64,000 bases of DNA from Syntrophaceae bacterium UBA4054 (GCA_002383495.1 DFZO01000050.1:19397-83396); one strand, 5' to 3'; numbered from the stretch's first letter, positions 8,667 to 18,573 are shown. Program-made: numbers and translations. The notes: generated by a model not told the origin, from the letters alone.

Positions 8667-9851
8667 CTACAGCATTTCGTATATGCCGGCAGCCCCCATG
8701 CCGCCGCCGATGCACATGGTCACGATGCACCTCTTGGCCTTGCGCCGTTTCGCCTCGTGCAGGATCTGGGCGGTGAGCTTGGCGCCCGTGGCGCCCAGGG
8801 GATGGCCGAGGGCGATGGCGCCGCCGTTGGGATTGATGTCGCCGGCCTTGTAGCGTTCTTCAAGACCGAGAACCCGGATGGAGTAGAGGGCCTGAACGGC
8901 AAAGGCCTCGTTGAACTCGAAGAGATCGATGTCGTCCGTCTTGAGTCCCGCCAGCTTCAGTACTTTCGGAACGGCAACGGCCGGGCCGATGCCCATCTCT
9001 TCGGGCTTGCAGCCCTCGACGGCGAAATAAGCCAGCCTCGCCAGGGGCTTCAGGCCGAGTGCTTTCGCCTTCTCGGCGGTCATGAGGAGAGAGAAGGCGG
9101 CCCCGTCTGTCATCTGGGATGCGTTCCCGGCGGTCACGCTTCCGCCCTGCTTGAATGGCGATCGGAGTTTTGCCAGGTCCTGCAGCGTCGTGGGCCAGCG
9201 GACCCCGTCGTCCGTGTCGAAGACGACCTTCTCCCGGACGCGCTTTCCGTTCTTCTTTTTATAGGCCCAGGCCTCGATGGGGATGATCTCGTCCTTGAAT
9301 TTTCCGGCCTTGATGGCCTCATAGGCCCGGTGGTTGCTCTCGACGCCGAACTTGTCCTGATCTTCCCGCGGGACGTTGTAGTTCGCGGCCACGTTCTCCG
9401 CGGTGATTCCCATGGAGACGTAGGTGTTGGGCCGGTCGCCCCAGTCGGGATGGGGCCGGAAAATGCTTCCGCCCATGGGGATGTGGCTCATGGTCTCGCA
9501 TCCGCCGGCGATGATGACATCGGACCATCCCGCCCGGATCTTGGCCGTGGCGTCGGCGATGGACTGCAGCCCCGAGGAGCAGAAGCGGTTGATCGTCATC
9601 CCGGAGGTTGTGAGGGGCAGTCCGGCTCCCAGGGTGAGGACGCGGCCGAGGTTCATCCCCTGTTCCGCTTCCGGGAAGGCGCATCCCACGACGAGATCAT
9701 CCACGTCTTCCGGTTTCAGCTGGGGAACTCTCGACATGAGTCCCTTCACCACCTGAATGCCGATTTCATCCGCCCGGGTCGAGCCGAGGCCTCCTCTCCT
9801 GTACCGTCCGCCTGGACTTCTTACAGATTCAACAATAACAGCATCACGCAT
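8667..9851 (-). CDS. fadA: Acetyl-CoA C-acyltransferase (thiolase)
   Basis: INRFCSSG, NEAFAVQ, GHPLGATG and MCIGGGMG catalytic motifs; AAGGAGG RBS before ATG 9851. Confidence 0.95.
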   Translation of the reverse strand: MRDAVIVESVRSPGGRYRRGGLGSTRADEIGIQVVKGLMSRVPQLKPEDVDDLVVGCAFPEAEQGMNLGRVLTLGAGLPLTTSGMTINRFCSSGLQSIADATAKIRAGWSDVIIAGGCETMSHIPMGGSIFRPHPDWGDRPNTYVSMGITAENVAANYNVPREDQDKFGVESNHRAYEAIKAGKFKDEIIPIEAWAYKKKNGKRVREKVVFDTDDGVRWPTTLQDLAKLRSPFKQGGSVTAGNASQMTDGAAFSLLMTAEKAKALGLKPLARLAYFAVEGCKPEEMGIGPAVAVPKVLKLAGLKTDDIDLFEFNEAFAVQALYSIRVLGLEERYKAGDINPNGGAIALGHPLGATGAKLTAQILHEAKRRKAKRCIVTMCIGGGMGAAGIYEML

Positions 9852-9871
9852 GATATGCCTCCTTATCAAAA

Positions 9872-12289
9872 TTAATTACGCAGTGGTTTGCCCGTGGTGA
9901 GCATGTGCATGATCCGGTCCTGGCTCTTGGATTCCCCGAGCAGGCTCAGGAAGACCTCTTTTTCCAGGTCCAGGATCTCCTGTTCGGAGACCAGGGTGCC
10001 CTCGGCGCAATCGCCGCCGGAAATGACATAAGCCAGTTTCTTTCCGATATGGGCATCGTGTTCGGATACAAAATTCCCGTGCTTCATGTTGTAAAGCATG
10101 ATATCCACCATGCCCCTGAAGTTCTCGCCCATGACGGGGATCATGGCGGGCCGGGGTTTCTTGTAGAACTTCGACAGGCCCAGAACGACCTGCTTGGCGT
10201 CCCATATCTGCTGGTCGCGATTCAGGCTGATCCCGTCGGTTTTCCGGATGTAACCCAGTTCCATGGCCTCCATGGCACTCGTGGCGACTTTGGCCATTCC
10301 AATATTTTCGAAGACCTTGGCGTAGTACTGCTGGAGGTTCAGACCCTGCTCGATTGTGCCGTCGGGAATGCCCTCGGTCACGCGCACCATCAATTCCTTT
10401 GTGCCGCCGCCCGCCGGTATGACGCCCACGCCGACTTCGACGAGACCCATGTAGGTCTCACCGCAGGGCTGACATCTTGCCGCGTGGATGGCCATCTCGC
10501 AGCCGCCGCCGAGGACCAGTCCGGCCGGCGCCGAGACGACGGGTTTGGAGAGGTACTTCATCCGCATGTTGGCGTTCTGGAAATCCTCGATCAGTTTTTC
10601 CAGGACGTCCCAGTCGCCTTTCTGAACGGCCACCAGAACCATGAAGATATTGGCGCCGACGGAGAAATTCTGGGCGTGGTTCCCCACGACCAGTCCCGCG
10701 TAGTCCTTCTCCACGATGTCGCAGGCGTCGTAGATCATCCGGATCATGTCATTGTCGACGGCGTTCATCTTGGTCTGGAATTCGAGGCAGGCGACGCCGT
10801 CGCCGATATCGACGAGGCTCGCACCGGGATTCTTCTTGATGACCATGTTCCGCTCTTTGAAGGAGGGCAGGAAGATAATTTTCGGATTTTCTCCTTCCTT
10901 CACGTAACTCTTCGTGGCGAAATCATAGTAATAGAGGCCGTCCGCTTTCTTCTGATAGAAGGAGGTGAAGCCCGCCTTGATCATTTCGTCGATCTTCTTG
11001 GGGACTTTCTTCTTCATCTTTTTCATGACGGCGACGGATTCTTTCACGCCCACGGCATCCCACGTTTCAAAGGGACCCAGCTGGTGGTTGTAGCCCCACT
11101 TCATGGCGTTGTCGATCCCCGTGATGTTGTCGCAGATTTCGGGGACACGGTTGGCGGCATAGATGAAATTGTTGCAGAGGTATTCGCGGGCGACTTCCGA
11201 GGCCGTGTCGGTCTCGTTGAAGAGGACTTTCAGCTTGTCGGCGAAACCGCCTTCCTTTTTCTTTGCCGCGGCGAGAGAGGCGTACCTTGGTGATGTCGGC
11301 GCCACGTATTCCATGGTGTTGTAATCGAGAACGAGCTTGACCCTCTTGCCTTTCGCATCCGTGGTCTTTTTGTAGAAGCCCTGCTTCGTCTTGTTGCCGA
11401 GCCACTTCTTTTCCATCATCTTGGTCATGAATTCGCCGGGCATGAAGAGGCTTCTCATCTCATCGTCGGGCACCGCCTCGTAAAGATTTTTCATGACGTG
11501 ATAGCCCGTGTCGAGGCCCACGAGATCAAGGGTTCCGAAAACGGCCGACCCCGGCCTTCCCAGAGACTTGCCGATGATGGCGTCGAGCTCTTCCACCTTG
11601 AGGCCCTTGTCCAGCATGATGTGAATGGCGTTGGAGATGTCGAAGACGCCGATGCGGTTCCCGATGAAGTTGGGGACATCCTTGCAGATGACGACGCCCT
11701 TTCCGAGGACGTCCTCGCAGAACCGGACCATGTAATCCAGCACGTCTTTCTTCGTCTGTTCGCCCGGGATGATTTCCAGGAGCTTCATGTAGCGGGGAGG
11801 ATTGAAGAAGTGGGTCCCCAGGAAGCGCTCCTTCATCTTTGCGCTGAAATTCGCGGTGATGTCGCGGATCGGGATGCCCGAGGTGTTCGTGGTGACGATG
11901 CACTTGTCGTTCACGACCTTCTGCACCCGCGCGAAAAGGTCCTGCTTGATTTTCAGGTTTTCAATAACCACCTCGATGACCCAGTCGCAATCGGCCAGCC
12001 AGCCGAGGTTGTCTTCAAAGTTGCCGCATTTGATCATGGACGCGTTCTTCTTGGAGTAGAAGGCGGCGGGCTTGGATTTGGTGACTCCGGCCAGCCCGTT
12101 CTGGGCGAAACGGTTGCGCCAGGCGGGGCTTTTCTCGGTGAGGCCTTTCTTCTTGTCCTCCTCGGTCAGCTCGAAGGGGATGATATCCAGCAGAACGCAC
12201 TCGATTCCGGCATTGGTCAGATGGGCCGCGATCGTGGCCCCCATGACCCCTGCTCCTAAAACAGCTGCTTTTTTGATTTCAAAAGACAT
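9872..12289 (-). CDS. fadN: 3-hydroxyacyl-CoA dehydrogenase / enoyl-CoA hydratase fusion (FadN-type)
   Basis: LGAGVMG Rossmann motif, GTHFFNPPRYMKLLE, C-terminal crotonase GGGCEM and GLVEVGVG; AGGAGG RBS before 12289. Confidence 0.92.
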   Translation of the reverse strand: MSFEIKKAAVLGAGVMGATIAAHLTNAGIECVLLDIIPFELTEEDKKKGLTEKSPAWRNRFAQNGLAGVTKSKPAAFYSKKNASMIKCGNFEDNLGWLADCDWVIEVVIENLKIKQDLFARVQKVVNDKCIVTTNTSGIPIRDITANFSAKMKERFLGTHFFNPPRYMKLLEIIPGEQTKKDVLDYMVRFCEDVLGKGVVICKDVPNFIGNRIGVFDISNAIHIMLDKGLKVEELDAIIGKSLGRPGSAVFGTLDLVGLDTGYHVMKNLYEAVPDDEMRSLFMPGEFMTKMMEKKWLGNKTKQGFYKKTTDAKGKRVKLVLDYNTMEYVAPTSPRYASLAAAKKKEGGFADKLKVLFNETDTASEVAREYLCNNFIYAANRVPEICDNITGIDNAMKWGYNHQLGPFETWDAVGVKESVAVMKKMKKKVPKKIDEMIKAGFTSFYQKKADGLYYYDFATKSYVKEGENPKIIFLPSFKERNMVIKKNPGASLVDIGDGVACLEFQTKMNAVDNDMIRMIYDACDIVEKDYAGLVVGNHAQNFSVGANIFMVLVAVQKGDWDVLEKLIEDFQNANMRMKYLSKPVVSAPAGLVLGGGCEMAIHAARCQPCGETYMGLVEVGVGVIPAGGGTKELMVRVTEGIPDGTIEQGLNLQQYYAKVFENIGMAKVATSAMEAMELGYIRKTDGISLNRDQQIWDAKQVVLGLSKFYKKPRPAMIPVMGENFRGMVDIMLYNMKHGNFVSEHDAHIGKKLAYVISGGDCAEGTLVSEQEILDLEKEVFLSLLGESKSQDRIMHMLTTGKPLRN

Positions 12290-12367
12290 AGATTCCTCCT
12301 TCTCATTTCCTTTCATTCCCGGGCGGGGCCGAGAGCGTCAGCCGCCGGCCGGGAATCCATAAAGTGT

Positions 12368-14233
12368 CTATGACGCGAACGATTCTTCCGCCATCTCAAT
12401 AGGCGTCTTGTCCCCGATCTTGATGGCCGCGCAGCGTGATTTGACCGTGGTCAGGATGTTCAATGCGAAGAACTTGGCCGCGGCGATCTTGCCGTTGTAA
12501 AAGGCCACATCGGCGTTGTCATGGACGAGCGCCCTCTGCTTGGCCCTGGAACCCGCGGCACCCTTCTCCGCGTAAAGGACGTTCAGCTTTTCCGTCGCGA
12601 TGGCGGCCTGCTGCATGAGGAGCCAGCCGATCACCACGTCGCCGAAGATTTCCAGATAGGGGGTGGCATAGAGGACGGGGACCAGGAAGCTCGCACTCTT
12701 GCCGATCTGGCCGAAGTGCATGGTGAGATCGGAAAGGGCGTTCGCCGCCTCTTCCAGGAAGGCGTTGTAGGACTTCAGGTCATCGATTTTCCTGAGCTTC
12801 GCCATGTCCTTCATCATGTCGACGGAGAGGTTCTTCACGTTGGCGCCTTTTCTCATGCCCAGTTTACGGCCCACGAGGTCGAGGGCCTGAATGCCGTTCG
12901 TTCCTTCGTAGATGCTGGCGATCTTGCAATCCCGAAGGTACTGTTCCACGGGGTACTCGGAGCAGTATCCGTAGCCGCCGTAAACCTCAATGGCCTTCGA
13001 GCAGACCTGGAAAGCCTTTTCCGATGAGTAGGCCTTGCAGACGGGAATGAGAAGCTCGATCATGCCGTGCCATCGTTCTCTTTCTTCCGGTGTTTCCGCA
13101 ACCAAGGACATGTCGATGCAGTAGGCGGCGTAGTAATTCATGGCTCGGATTCCCTCCACATGGGCCTTCATCCAGAGGAGCATCCGTCTCACATCGGGGT
13201 GTTGAATGATGGGAACGGGCTTGGCGTCGGGGTTTTTCATCTCCCAGATGGCGCAGCCCTGGATTCTGCCCTTTGCGTAATCCACGGAGTGCTCATAGGC
13301 CACGGAGGCGAGAGACAGACCCTGCATTCCCACTTCCAGTCGGGCTTCGTTCATCATGTGGAACATGATCTTCATGCCTTCCCGCTCCCTGCCCAGAAGC
13401 TCGCCGATGCATTTTCCGTCATCGCCGAAATTGAGGGTGCAGGTGGCGGAGCTCTTGATTCCCATTTTGTGCTCGATGTTGCCCGTCCGGACATCATTGA
13501 ATTCGCCGATGCTTCCGTCGTCATTGACCCGGTATTTAGGGACGATGAAGATGGAGATGCCGCCTGTTCCCGGAGGATCCCCTTCGATGCGTGCGAGGAC
13601 AGGGTGGATGATGTTGTCGCATAGGTCGTGGTCCCCGCAGGAGATGAAGATCTTGCTGCCCGTGATGCTGTAAGTGCCGTCGGGGAGTTTCTTTGCCGCT
13701 GTTTTCAGGGCGCCCACATCGCTTCCGGCACCGGCCTCCGTGAGGCACATGGTTCCTCCCCACTCGCCCGAGTTCATTTTGTACATGTATTTGTTTTTCT
13801 GCTCTTCCGTGCCGAAATTCTCGATGAGCGAGGCCGCCCCGTTCGTCAGCATGGGATACATGATGAAGGGACAGTTCGCGGCGTCGAAAAATTCGAAACA
13901 GGCCGTGGAAACCGTGAGGGGCATTCCCTGACCGCCCACATCCGGCGATTTCATGCAGCACTGCCATCCCGCCTCGACAAATTTCTTGTAGGCATCGTGG
14001 AAGCCCGCGGGCACGAAGACCTTCCCGTCCTTGAATTTCGCCTCTTCCCGGTCACCCGGAACGTACGCGGGCATGAGGACGTCCAGGGACATCTTTTCCG
14101 CTTCCGTCAGTATCATGTCCACCGTGTCTTTCGAATAATCGGCGTACTTCTTGGTATTGAAAAACTTTTCGATACCCAGTTGTTCGTAAAGGACGAATTG
14201 CTGATCCCTTGTGTTCACCAGTAAATTGCTCAT
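12368..14233 (-). CDS. fadE: Acyl-CoA dehydrogenase (long, ~600-aa type)
   Basis: MCLTEAGAGSDVG, EHKMGIKSSATC, MNEARL, IYEGTNGIQALDL. Confidence 0.93.
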   Translation of the reverse strand: MSNLLVNTRDQQFVLYEQLGIEKFFNTKKYADYSKDTVDMILTEAEKMSLDVLMPAYVPGDREEAKFKDGKVFVPAGFHDAYKKFVEAGWQCCMKSPDVGGQGMPLTVSTACFEFFDAANCPFIMYPMLTNGAASLIENFGTEEQKNKYMYKMNSGEWGGTMCLTEAGAGSDVGALKTAAKKLPDGTYSITGSKIFISCGDHDLCDNIIHPVLARIEGDPPGTGGISIFIVPKYRVNDDGSIGEFNDVRTGNIEHKMGIKSSATCTLNFGDDGKCIGELLGREREGMKIMFHMMNEARLEVGMQGLSLASVAYEHSVDYAKGRIQGCAIWEMKNPDAKPVPIIQHPDVRRMLLWMKAHVEGIRAMNYYAAYCIDMSLVAETPEERERWHGMIELLIPVCKAYSSEKAFQVCSKAIEVYGGYGYCSEYPVEQYLRDCKIASIYEGTNGIQALDLVGRKLGMRKGANVKNLSVDMMKDMAKLRKIDDLKSYNAFLEEAANALSDLTMHFGQIGKSASFLVPVLYATPYLEIFGDVVIGWLLMQQAAIATEKLNVLYAEKGAAGSRAKQRALVHDNADVAFYNGKIAAAKFFALNILTTVKSRCAAIKIGDKTPIEMAEESFAS

Positions 14234-14273
14234 AACCTTCTCCTTTCCTTGTTTGCCTGTTGATGCTTTTCAT

Positions 14274-14289
14274 TGTCAGGGATCTGACA
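14274..14289. promoter_or_regulatory. Palindrome between tetR and fadE, candidate operator
   Basis: TGTCAG-N4-CTGACA, about 40 bp upstream of the fadE start. Confidence 0.35.
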
Positions 14290-14332
14290 GCGGAAGTTCA
14301 TCAAATCCCTTCTCGTTTCATGAAGTGTGTGT

Positions 14333-15007
14333 TTAACGTGCCCCTGAAAGCCTTGTGTGCGGGACGGCTTTTACATCCGCTTTGGAAAGGCCGCGGACAA
14401 AAACATCCAGGCTTGCCTGTACGGTGGATCGAATCTTCTGCTCTCTTGTCGACTCCTTGCCGATATAGAGATGGAGAGAAATGACGCCGTTCAGGAGGCC
14501 CCAGATGGCATTCTTGTATTGCCTGATATTCAGATTTTCGGGGAACTCTCCCCGTTCAATGCCGTATTTGAATATTCTTTCGATGATATCGACCGTCGCG
14601 TTTGTCGCCAGGATGAGCTGCTGATTCAGCTGTTCGGAGAACTGGATTTCATCCGTGTGAAGCATGAAGGACATCAGAATCCTGAACAGTTCTTTGTCGC
14701 TGATGAAAAAATTAACGTAAATGTCCGAGAAATGCCTGAGCATGTCCGCGGCGGTGCCGCCCCGCTCGCAAATATCCGTCAGGGTGGAGTGGAACTTGTC
14801 GATGTCTTTGAGCAAAATCTCAACGTAGATTTCCTCTTTGCTGTTGAAATAGAGATAGACGGCTCCCTTGCTCAATTCTGCTTTCTTGGCGATGCTGGCG
14901 ACGGTGATGGACTTGAAGCCCTTCTCGAAGGAAAGCTTGCGGGCGGCCTTCAGAATGGCGTTCTTCCGGCCTTCCTTTTCTCGCTTTCTTCTTTCTTCGA
15001 GTCCCAT
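14333..15007 (-). CDS. TetR/AcrR-family transcriptional regulator (FadR-like context)
   Basis: ILKAARKLSFEKGFKSITVASIAKKAELSKGAVYLYFNSKEEI HTH; heads the beta-oxidation genes. Confidence 0.93.
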   Translation of the reverse strand: MGLEERRKREKEGRKNAILKAARKLSFEKGFKSITVASIAKKAELSKGAVYLYFNSKEEIYVEILLKDIDKFHSTLTDICERGGTAADMLRHFSDIYVNFFISDKELFRILMSFMLHTDEIQFSEQLNQQLILATNATVDIIERIFKYGIERGEFPENLNIRQYKNAIWGLLNGVISLHLYIGKESTREQKIRSTVQASLDVFVRGLSKADVKAVPHTRLSGAR

Positions 15008-15021
15008 GACAGGTTCCTGTT

Positions 15022-15088
15022 TGAATGGCGGTCACAAGATGAATGGCGGTCACAAGATGAATGGTGGTCAATATATGACCAACGGTCA
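15022..15088. promoter_or_regulatory. Four operator-like boxes at an 18-bp period upstream of tetR
   Basis: TGAATGGCGGTCA (15022), TGAATGGCGGTCA (15040), TGAATGGTGGTCA (15058), TGACCAACGGTCA (15076, near-perfect palindrome). Confidence 0.6.
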
Positions 15089-15408
15089 TTAGCTGTGTGA
15101 CACAGATAAAAATGTTTGTCAAGGGAAATATCAGAGGGATTCTTTTATTTTTTTAATCGCTTGAATACGTTGATATTTTAAGCATCACTTGCAGCAGGTT
15201 TTCATTGAGCTTTGTGAAAAAGTCCGTTCTCTCGAGGAGATAATTCTATTGACAGACCCGGAAGCATATGTTACGAGAAATTCGCTTTGAAATCGGTGAC
15301 TCATTCGATAAGCCGTGCGTGCAAAGAGCACGCTGGACGCGTATGCGGGCCGGGGTGTTTTTTTTGTGGCGTGATCGCAACTGTCCTTTAAGTAAAAAGG
15401 AGGAAGAG

Positions 15409-15795
15409 GTGACCCTTCGAGAGGTAAAAGAAATTCTAGATGCCGATATCATTGTCGGGGAGGATCAGCTGGACAAGGAAGTCCAGACGGCCTTCAGCGC
15501 CGATCTGATGAGTGATGTCCTTGCCTTCGCAACGGCAGGAAGCCTTCTCCTCACCGGTGTTACGAATCCCCAAGTCGTCCGGACGTCCGAGATTCTTGAT
15601 ATAGCGGCCATTATCATGGTCCGGGGCAAAAGACCTTCTCAGGAAACGGCTCAACTGGCACTGGAACTGAGGATCCCGATTCTTTCCACAAAATATATCC
15701 TTTTCGAGACCTCCGGGAGGCTTCATGCCAGGGGAATTGTCGGCTGTATCGTGAAGGTTGGTGACAGGAGCGATGTCCGAAGAGACAAAGTATGA
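15409..15795 (+). CDS. DRTGG-domain protein
   Basis: AFSADLMSDVLAF...LLLTGVTNPQVVRTSEILD...MVRGKRP; GTG start after AGGAGG. Confidence 0.85.
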   Translation: MTLREVKEILDADIIVGEDQLDKEVQTAFSADLMSDVLAFATAGSLLLTGVTNPQVVRTSEILDIAAIIMVRGKRPSQETAQLALELRIPILSTKYILFETSGRLHARGIVGCIVKVGDRSDVRRDKV

Positions 15796-16207
15796 TGGTC
15801 ATTTTGCCGTAGAGGGTGGTAATTTCCGGAATGCGGGCCAGGTATCGAGCAGGATCAAGAACATCCTCAAAGACCTGGGATGTGACAGCGATATGGTCAG
15901 AAGAGCCGCTATAGTTACCTACGAGGCGGAGATCAATATTGTTTCTTACGCGAGAAAAGGTCTGATCCATCTCCGCGCGAAACCAGACAGTGTCAGGATT
16001 GAGATCAGTGACGAAGGTCCGGGCATTGCCGATATCGAGCTGGCGATGCAGGAAGGTTATTCAACGGCCTCTCCGATTGTCAGGGAAATGGGGTTCGGGG
16101 CCGGGATGGGACTCGCGAACATGAAAAGGTTCTCCGATAATTTCAGCATAACGTCCAGGGTCAATGAAGGTACGCAAGTGGTCATGCAAATTGACCAGGT
16201 TCACTGA
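15773..16207 (+). CDS. RsbT-like anti-sigma factor / Ser-Thr kinase (HATPase_c)
   Basis: YEAEINIV (N-box), ISDEGPGI (D/G1 box), GFGAGMGL (G2 box); CAGGAG RBS before ATG 15773. Confidence 0.88.
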   Translation: MSEETKYDGHFAVEGGNFRNAGQVSSRIKNILKDLGCDSDMVRRAAIVTYEAEINIVSYARKGLIHLRAKPDSVRIEISDEGPGIADIELAMQEGYSTASPIVREMGFGAGMGLANMKRFSDNFSITSRVNEGTQVVMQIDQVH

Positions 16208-16227
16208 TTCGCTGAACGCGGGGTGAA

Positions 16228-16563
16228 ATGAATCTGGAACTGATTGTCGAATCATTGAAGCTGAGGGTCCGGTACGGCGCGAAGAACCTCAAAAGGGAAG
16301 TCACGGGCGGCTTCGTGGGAGACCTTTTGAGCGATGTCATCGCCAACAGCCAGGAAGGGAATGTCTGGATCACGAGACAGATCCATCAGAATATTATTGC
16401 TGTCGCGAGCCTGAAGGAAATCGCGGGGATCGTCCTTGTTCAGGGGAGCGAGCCTGCGGCGGAGACGCTTGCCAGGGCTGAACAGGAGGGGATTCCTCTC
16501 CTGGTGTCCGATCTCCCGGGGTTCGAGGTGGCCGGCAGGATATACAAGATGTTGAACCCGTAA
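16228..16563 (+). CDS. DRTGG-domain (HPr-kinase N-terminal-like) protein
   Basis: VTGGFVGDLLSDVIAN...VWITRQIHQNIIAVASLKE. Confidence 0.82.
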   Translation: MNLELIVESLKLRVRYGAKNLKREVTGGFVGDLLSDVIANSQEGNVWITRQIHQNIIAVASLKEIAGIVLVQGSEPAAETLARAEQEGIPLLVSDLPGFEVAGRIYKMLNP

Positions 16564-16706
16564 GTCCGCCGGATGTGAACGATCAGGCACGGACAAGGTG
16601 AGTTGAATACAGCGCAGGGTCTTTTGAGCCGGATTTTCGGATCCTTCGGTTCCGGAAAGTTTCTGCAGGCAGGGGAAGGTTCATTGGTGTTCAGGGTAAG
16701 AAAACG

Positions 16707-17444
16707 ATGCTTAAGGAGTTTCGTTGCGATCTCCATATCCATACATGCCTTTCACCTTGTGCCGACTTGGAAATGTATCCAAGGGCCATCGTCGCAAAGT
16801 CCCTGGAAGAGCGATTGGATGTAATCGCTGTCTGTGATCACAACTCGTCCGAAAATGTTATTCATGTCGTCAACGCGGCCCGGGGGACGCGTCTTAAGAT
16901 CCTCCCTGGAATGGAGATATCGAGCCGCGAGGAGGTTCACCTCGTGGCGCTCTTTGATAAATTGGATGAATTGTTGAAGCTCCAGAATTGGATTTACGAT
17001 CATCTTCCAGGAAAAAATGAGGAATCCGTTTTTGGCTGCCAGGCCGTCGTTAACGAACTCGATGAGGTGGAGGGTTTTAACGAGAGGCTCCTCATCGGGG
17101 CGGCGGAACTTTCGATTGATGAAATCGTAGCAAATGTTCATGAGCTTGGAGGGCTTGCCGTGGCTTCTCATATTGACCGGCAGGGATTCGGGATCATCGG
17201 TCATCTCGGTTTCATCCCTCCCGATCTTCGCCTGGATGCCCTGGAGGTTTCAGTAAGGATGGGCCTGAAGGAGGCTCGGAAGGAATTCGCCGAGCTTTAC
17301 CGGATGGCCTTCATTGAGGCGTCGGATGCCCATTTCATCAGGGATATCGGAAGGGGGTCGACACGGTTCCTGCTCGAGGACGCGACCGTGAAAGAATTGA
17401 GAATGGCTTTCCGGAAGCAGCGGGGCCGGCTTGTTCTGGAGTGA
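16707..17444 (+). CDS. PHP-domain metal-dependent phosphoesterase
   Basis: DLHIHT, CDHN, EVHLV, ASHIDR and SDAH metal-ligand motifs. Confidence 0.88.
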   Translation: MLKEFRCDLHIHTCLSPCADLEMYPRAIVAKSLEERLDVIAVCDHNSSENVIHVVNAARGTRLKILPGMEISSREEVHLVALFDKLDELLKLQNWIYDHLPGKNEESVFGCQAVVNELDEVEGFNERLLIGAAELSIDEIVANVHELGGLAVASHIDRQGFGIIGHLGFIPPDLRLDALEVSVRMGLKEARKEFAELYRMAFIEASDAHFIRDIGRGSTRFLLEDATVKELRMAFRKQRGRLVLE

Positions 17445-17447
17445 GGC

Positions 17448-17999
17448 ATGCTGGAATTATCTCTTCATATCCTGGACATCGCTGAGAACTCAACAAGGGC
17501 CGGTGCGAAGACGGTCTGGATCGACATTGTGGAGGATCAGGAGAAAGACAGGTTAACCATTGAGATCAGAGATGATGGAGAAGGAATGGATCAGGAGACG
17601 CTCAGAAAGGCCCTTGATCCTTTTTTCACGTCCAAGAAAGTCCGGCGGGTCGGTCTGGGACTTCCGATGCTGGCCGAAGCGGCGGGGAGAACGGGCGGCC
17701 GTTTCGAGATCAAATCAACCGTCGGTGCCGGGACGCAGGTCCGGGTGGAATTCCGGCACAGCCACATCGACCGCCAGCCTCTCGGGGATATCCCCGGAAC
17801 CTTTATGGCTCTGATCGCGGGAAATCCGCAGGTGAACTTTGAATACCGTCACCGGAAGGGAAGCGGGATCTTCGTGCTCGATACAGCCGAGATCCGGAAG
17901 GAGCTTGACGGTGTTCCCATCAATCACACGGATGTGCTCCATTTCCTGCGGAACATGATCCGGGAGGGGTTGGAGGAGATCGGCGTGACGAACCATTGA
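17448..17999 (+). CDS. Stand-alone HATPase_c (histidine-kinase-like ATP-binding) protein
   Basis: LDIAENS, IRDDGEGM, DPFFTSK, VGLGLP; no sensor domain. Confidence 0.85.
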   Translation: MLELSLHILDIAENSTRAGAKTVWIDIVEDQEKDRLTIEIRDDGEGMDQETLRKALDPFFTSKKVRRVGLGLPMLAEAAGRTGGRFEIKSTVGAGTQVRVEFRHSHIDRQPLGDIPGTFMALIAGNPQVNFEYRHRKGSGIFVLDTAEIRKELDGVPINHTDVLHFLRNMIREGLEEIGVTNH

Positions 18000-18069
18000 A
18001 ATCGAATAGACAGAATTATTTTTCAAATATCGGAGGGAAAGAAATCTAATTGAGGCAGGAGGACCATTT

Positions 18070-18555
18070 ATGAGTGAAGACCTTTTAAAAGAGTTCAGTC
18101 CGGAACAGGTCGCGAAACTGGACGCCATCATTGACAAATTCAGGGGGAAGCCGGGATCGCTGATCCCGGTGCTCGAGGAAGCCCAGGTGGCCCTTGAATT
18201 CATTCCCATGGCCGTTCAGAAGCGGATTGCCGCGGGATTGAATATCCCTCTGGCCCAGGTTTACGGGGTCGTGACATTCTATTCCTTTTTCACCATGACC
18301 CCCCGGGGCAAGCATACCGTCCGGGTCTGCCTGGGCACGGCCTGCTATGTCCGGGGAGGCAAGACCATCGCGGAGAGCCTGGAGAAAGAGTTCGGCATCA
18401 AGGAAGGGGAAACCACGCCGGACAGAATGTTCACCTATGAGTCCGTGAGGTGTCTCGGCGCCTGCGGTCTTGCGCCGGTGATAGTCATAGACGAGAATGT
18501 CCATGGAAAGCAGAAACCGGCCAAACTCAAAGAAGTCGTTGGACAGTATAACTGA
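18070..18555 (+). CDS. NuoE/HndA/HydC-like [2Fe-2S] subunit
   Basis: VCLGTACYVRG and VRCLGACGLAP. Confidence 0.93.
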   Translation: MSEDLLKEFSPEQVAKLDAIIDKFRGKPGSLIPVLEEAQVALEFIPMAVQKRIAAGLNIPLAQVYGVVTFYSFFTMTPRGKHTVRVCLGTACYVRGGKTIAESLEKEFGIKEGETTPDRMFTYESVRCLGACGLAPVIVIDENVHGKQKPAKLKEVVGQYN

Positions 18556-18573
18556 GAAACGGGGGAACCAGCC

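Noticed and set aside
4092-13624. Long antisense ORFs (e.g. 4092-5402, 5584-6516, 8757-9875, 9905-11293)
   Set aside because: They lie wholly opposite well-supported genes in GC-rich coding DNA and have no family motifs or RBS support.
15022-15088. CRISPR-like repeat array
   Set aside because: The 18-bp units are contiguous with no unique spacers and no cas genes; an operator array fits better.
15211-15228. Rex operator upstream of the FDH cluster
   Set aside because: Only the TTGTGAA half-site is present; the second half does not match.
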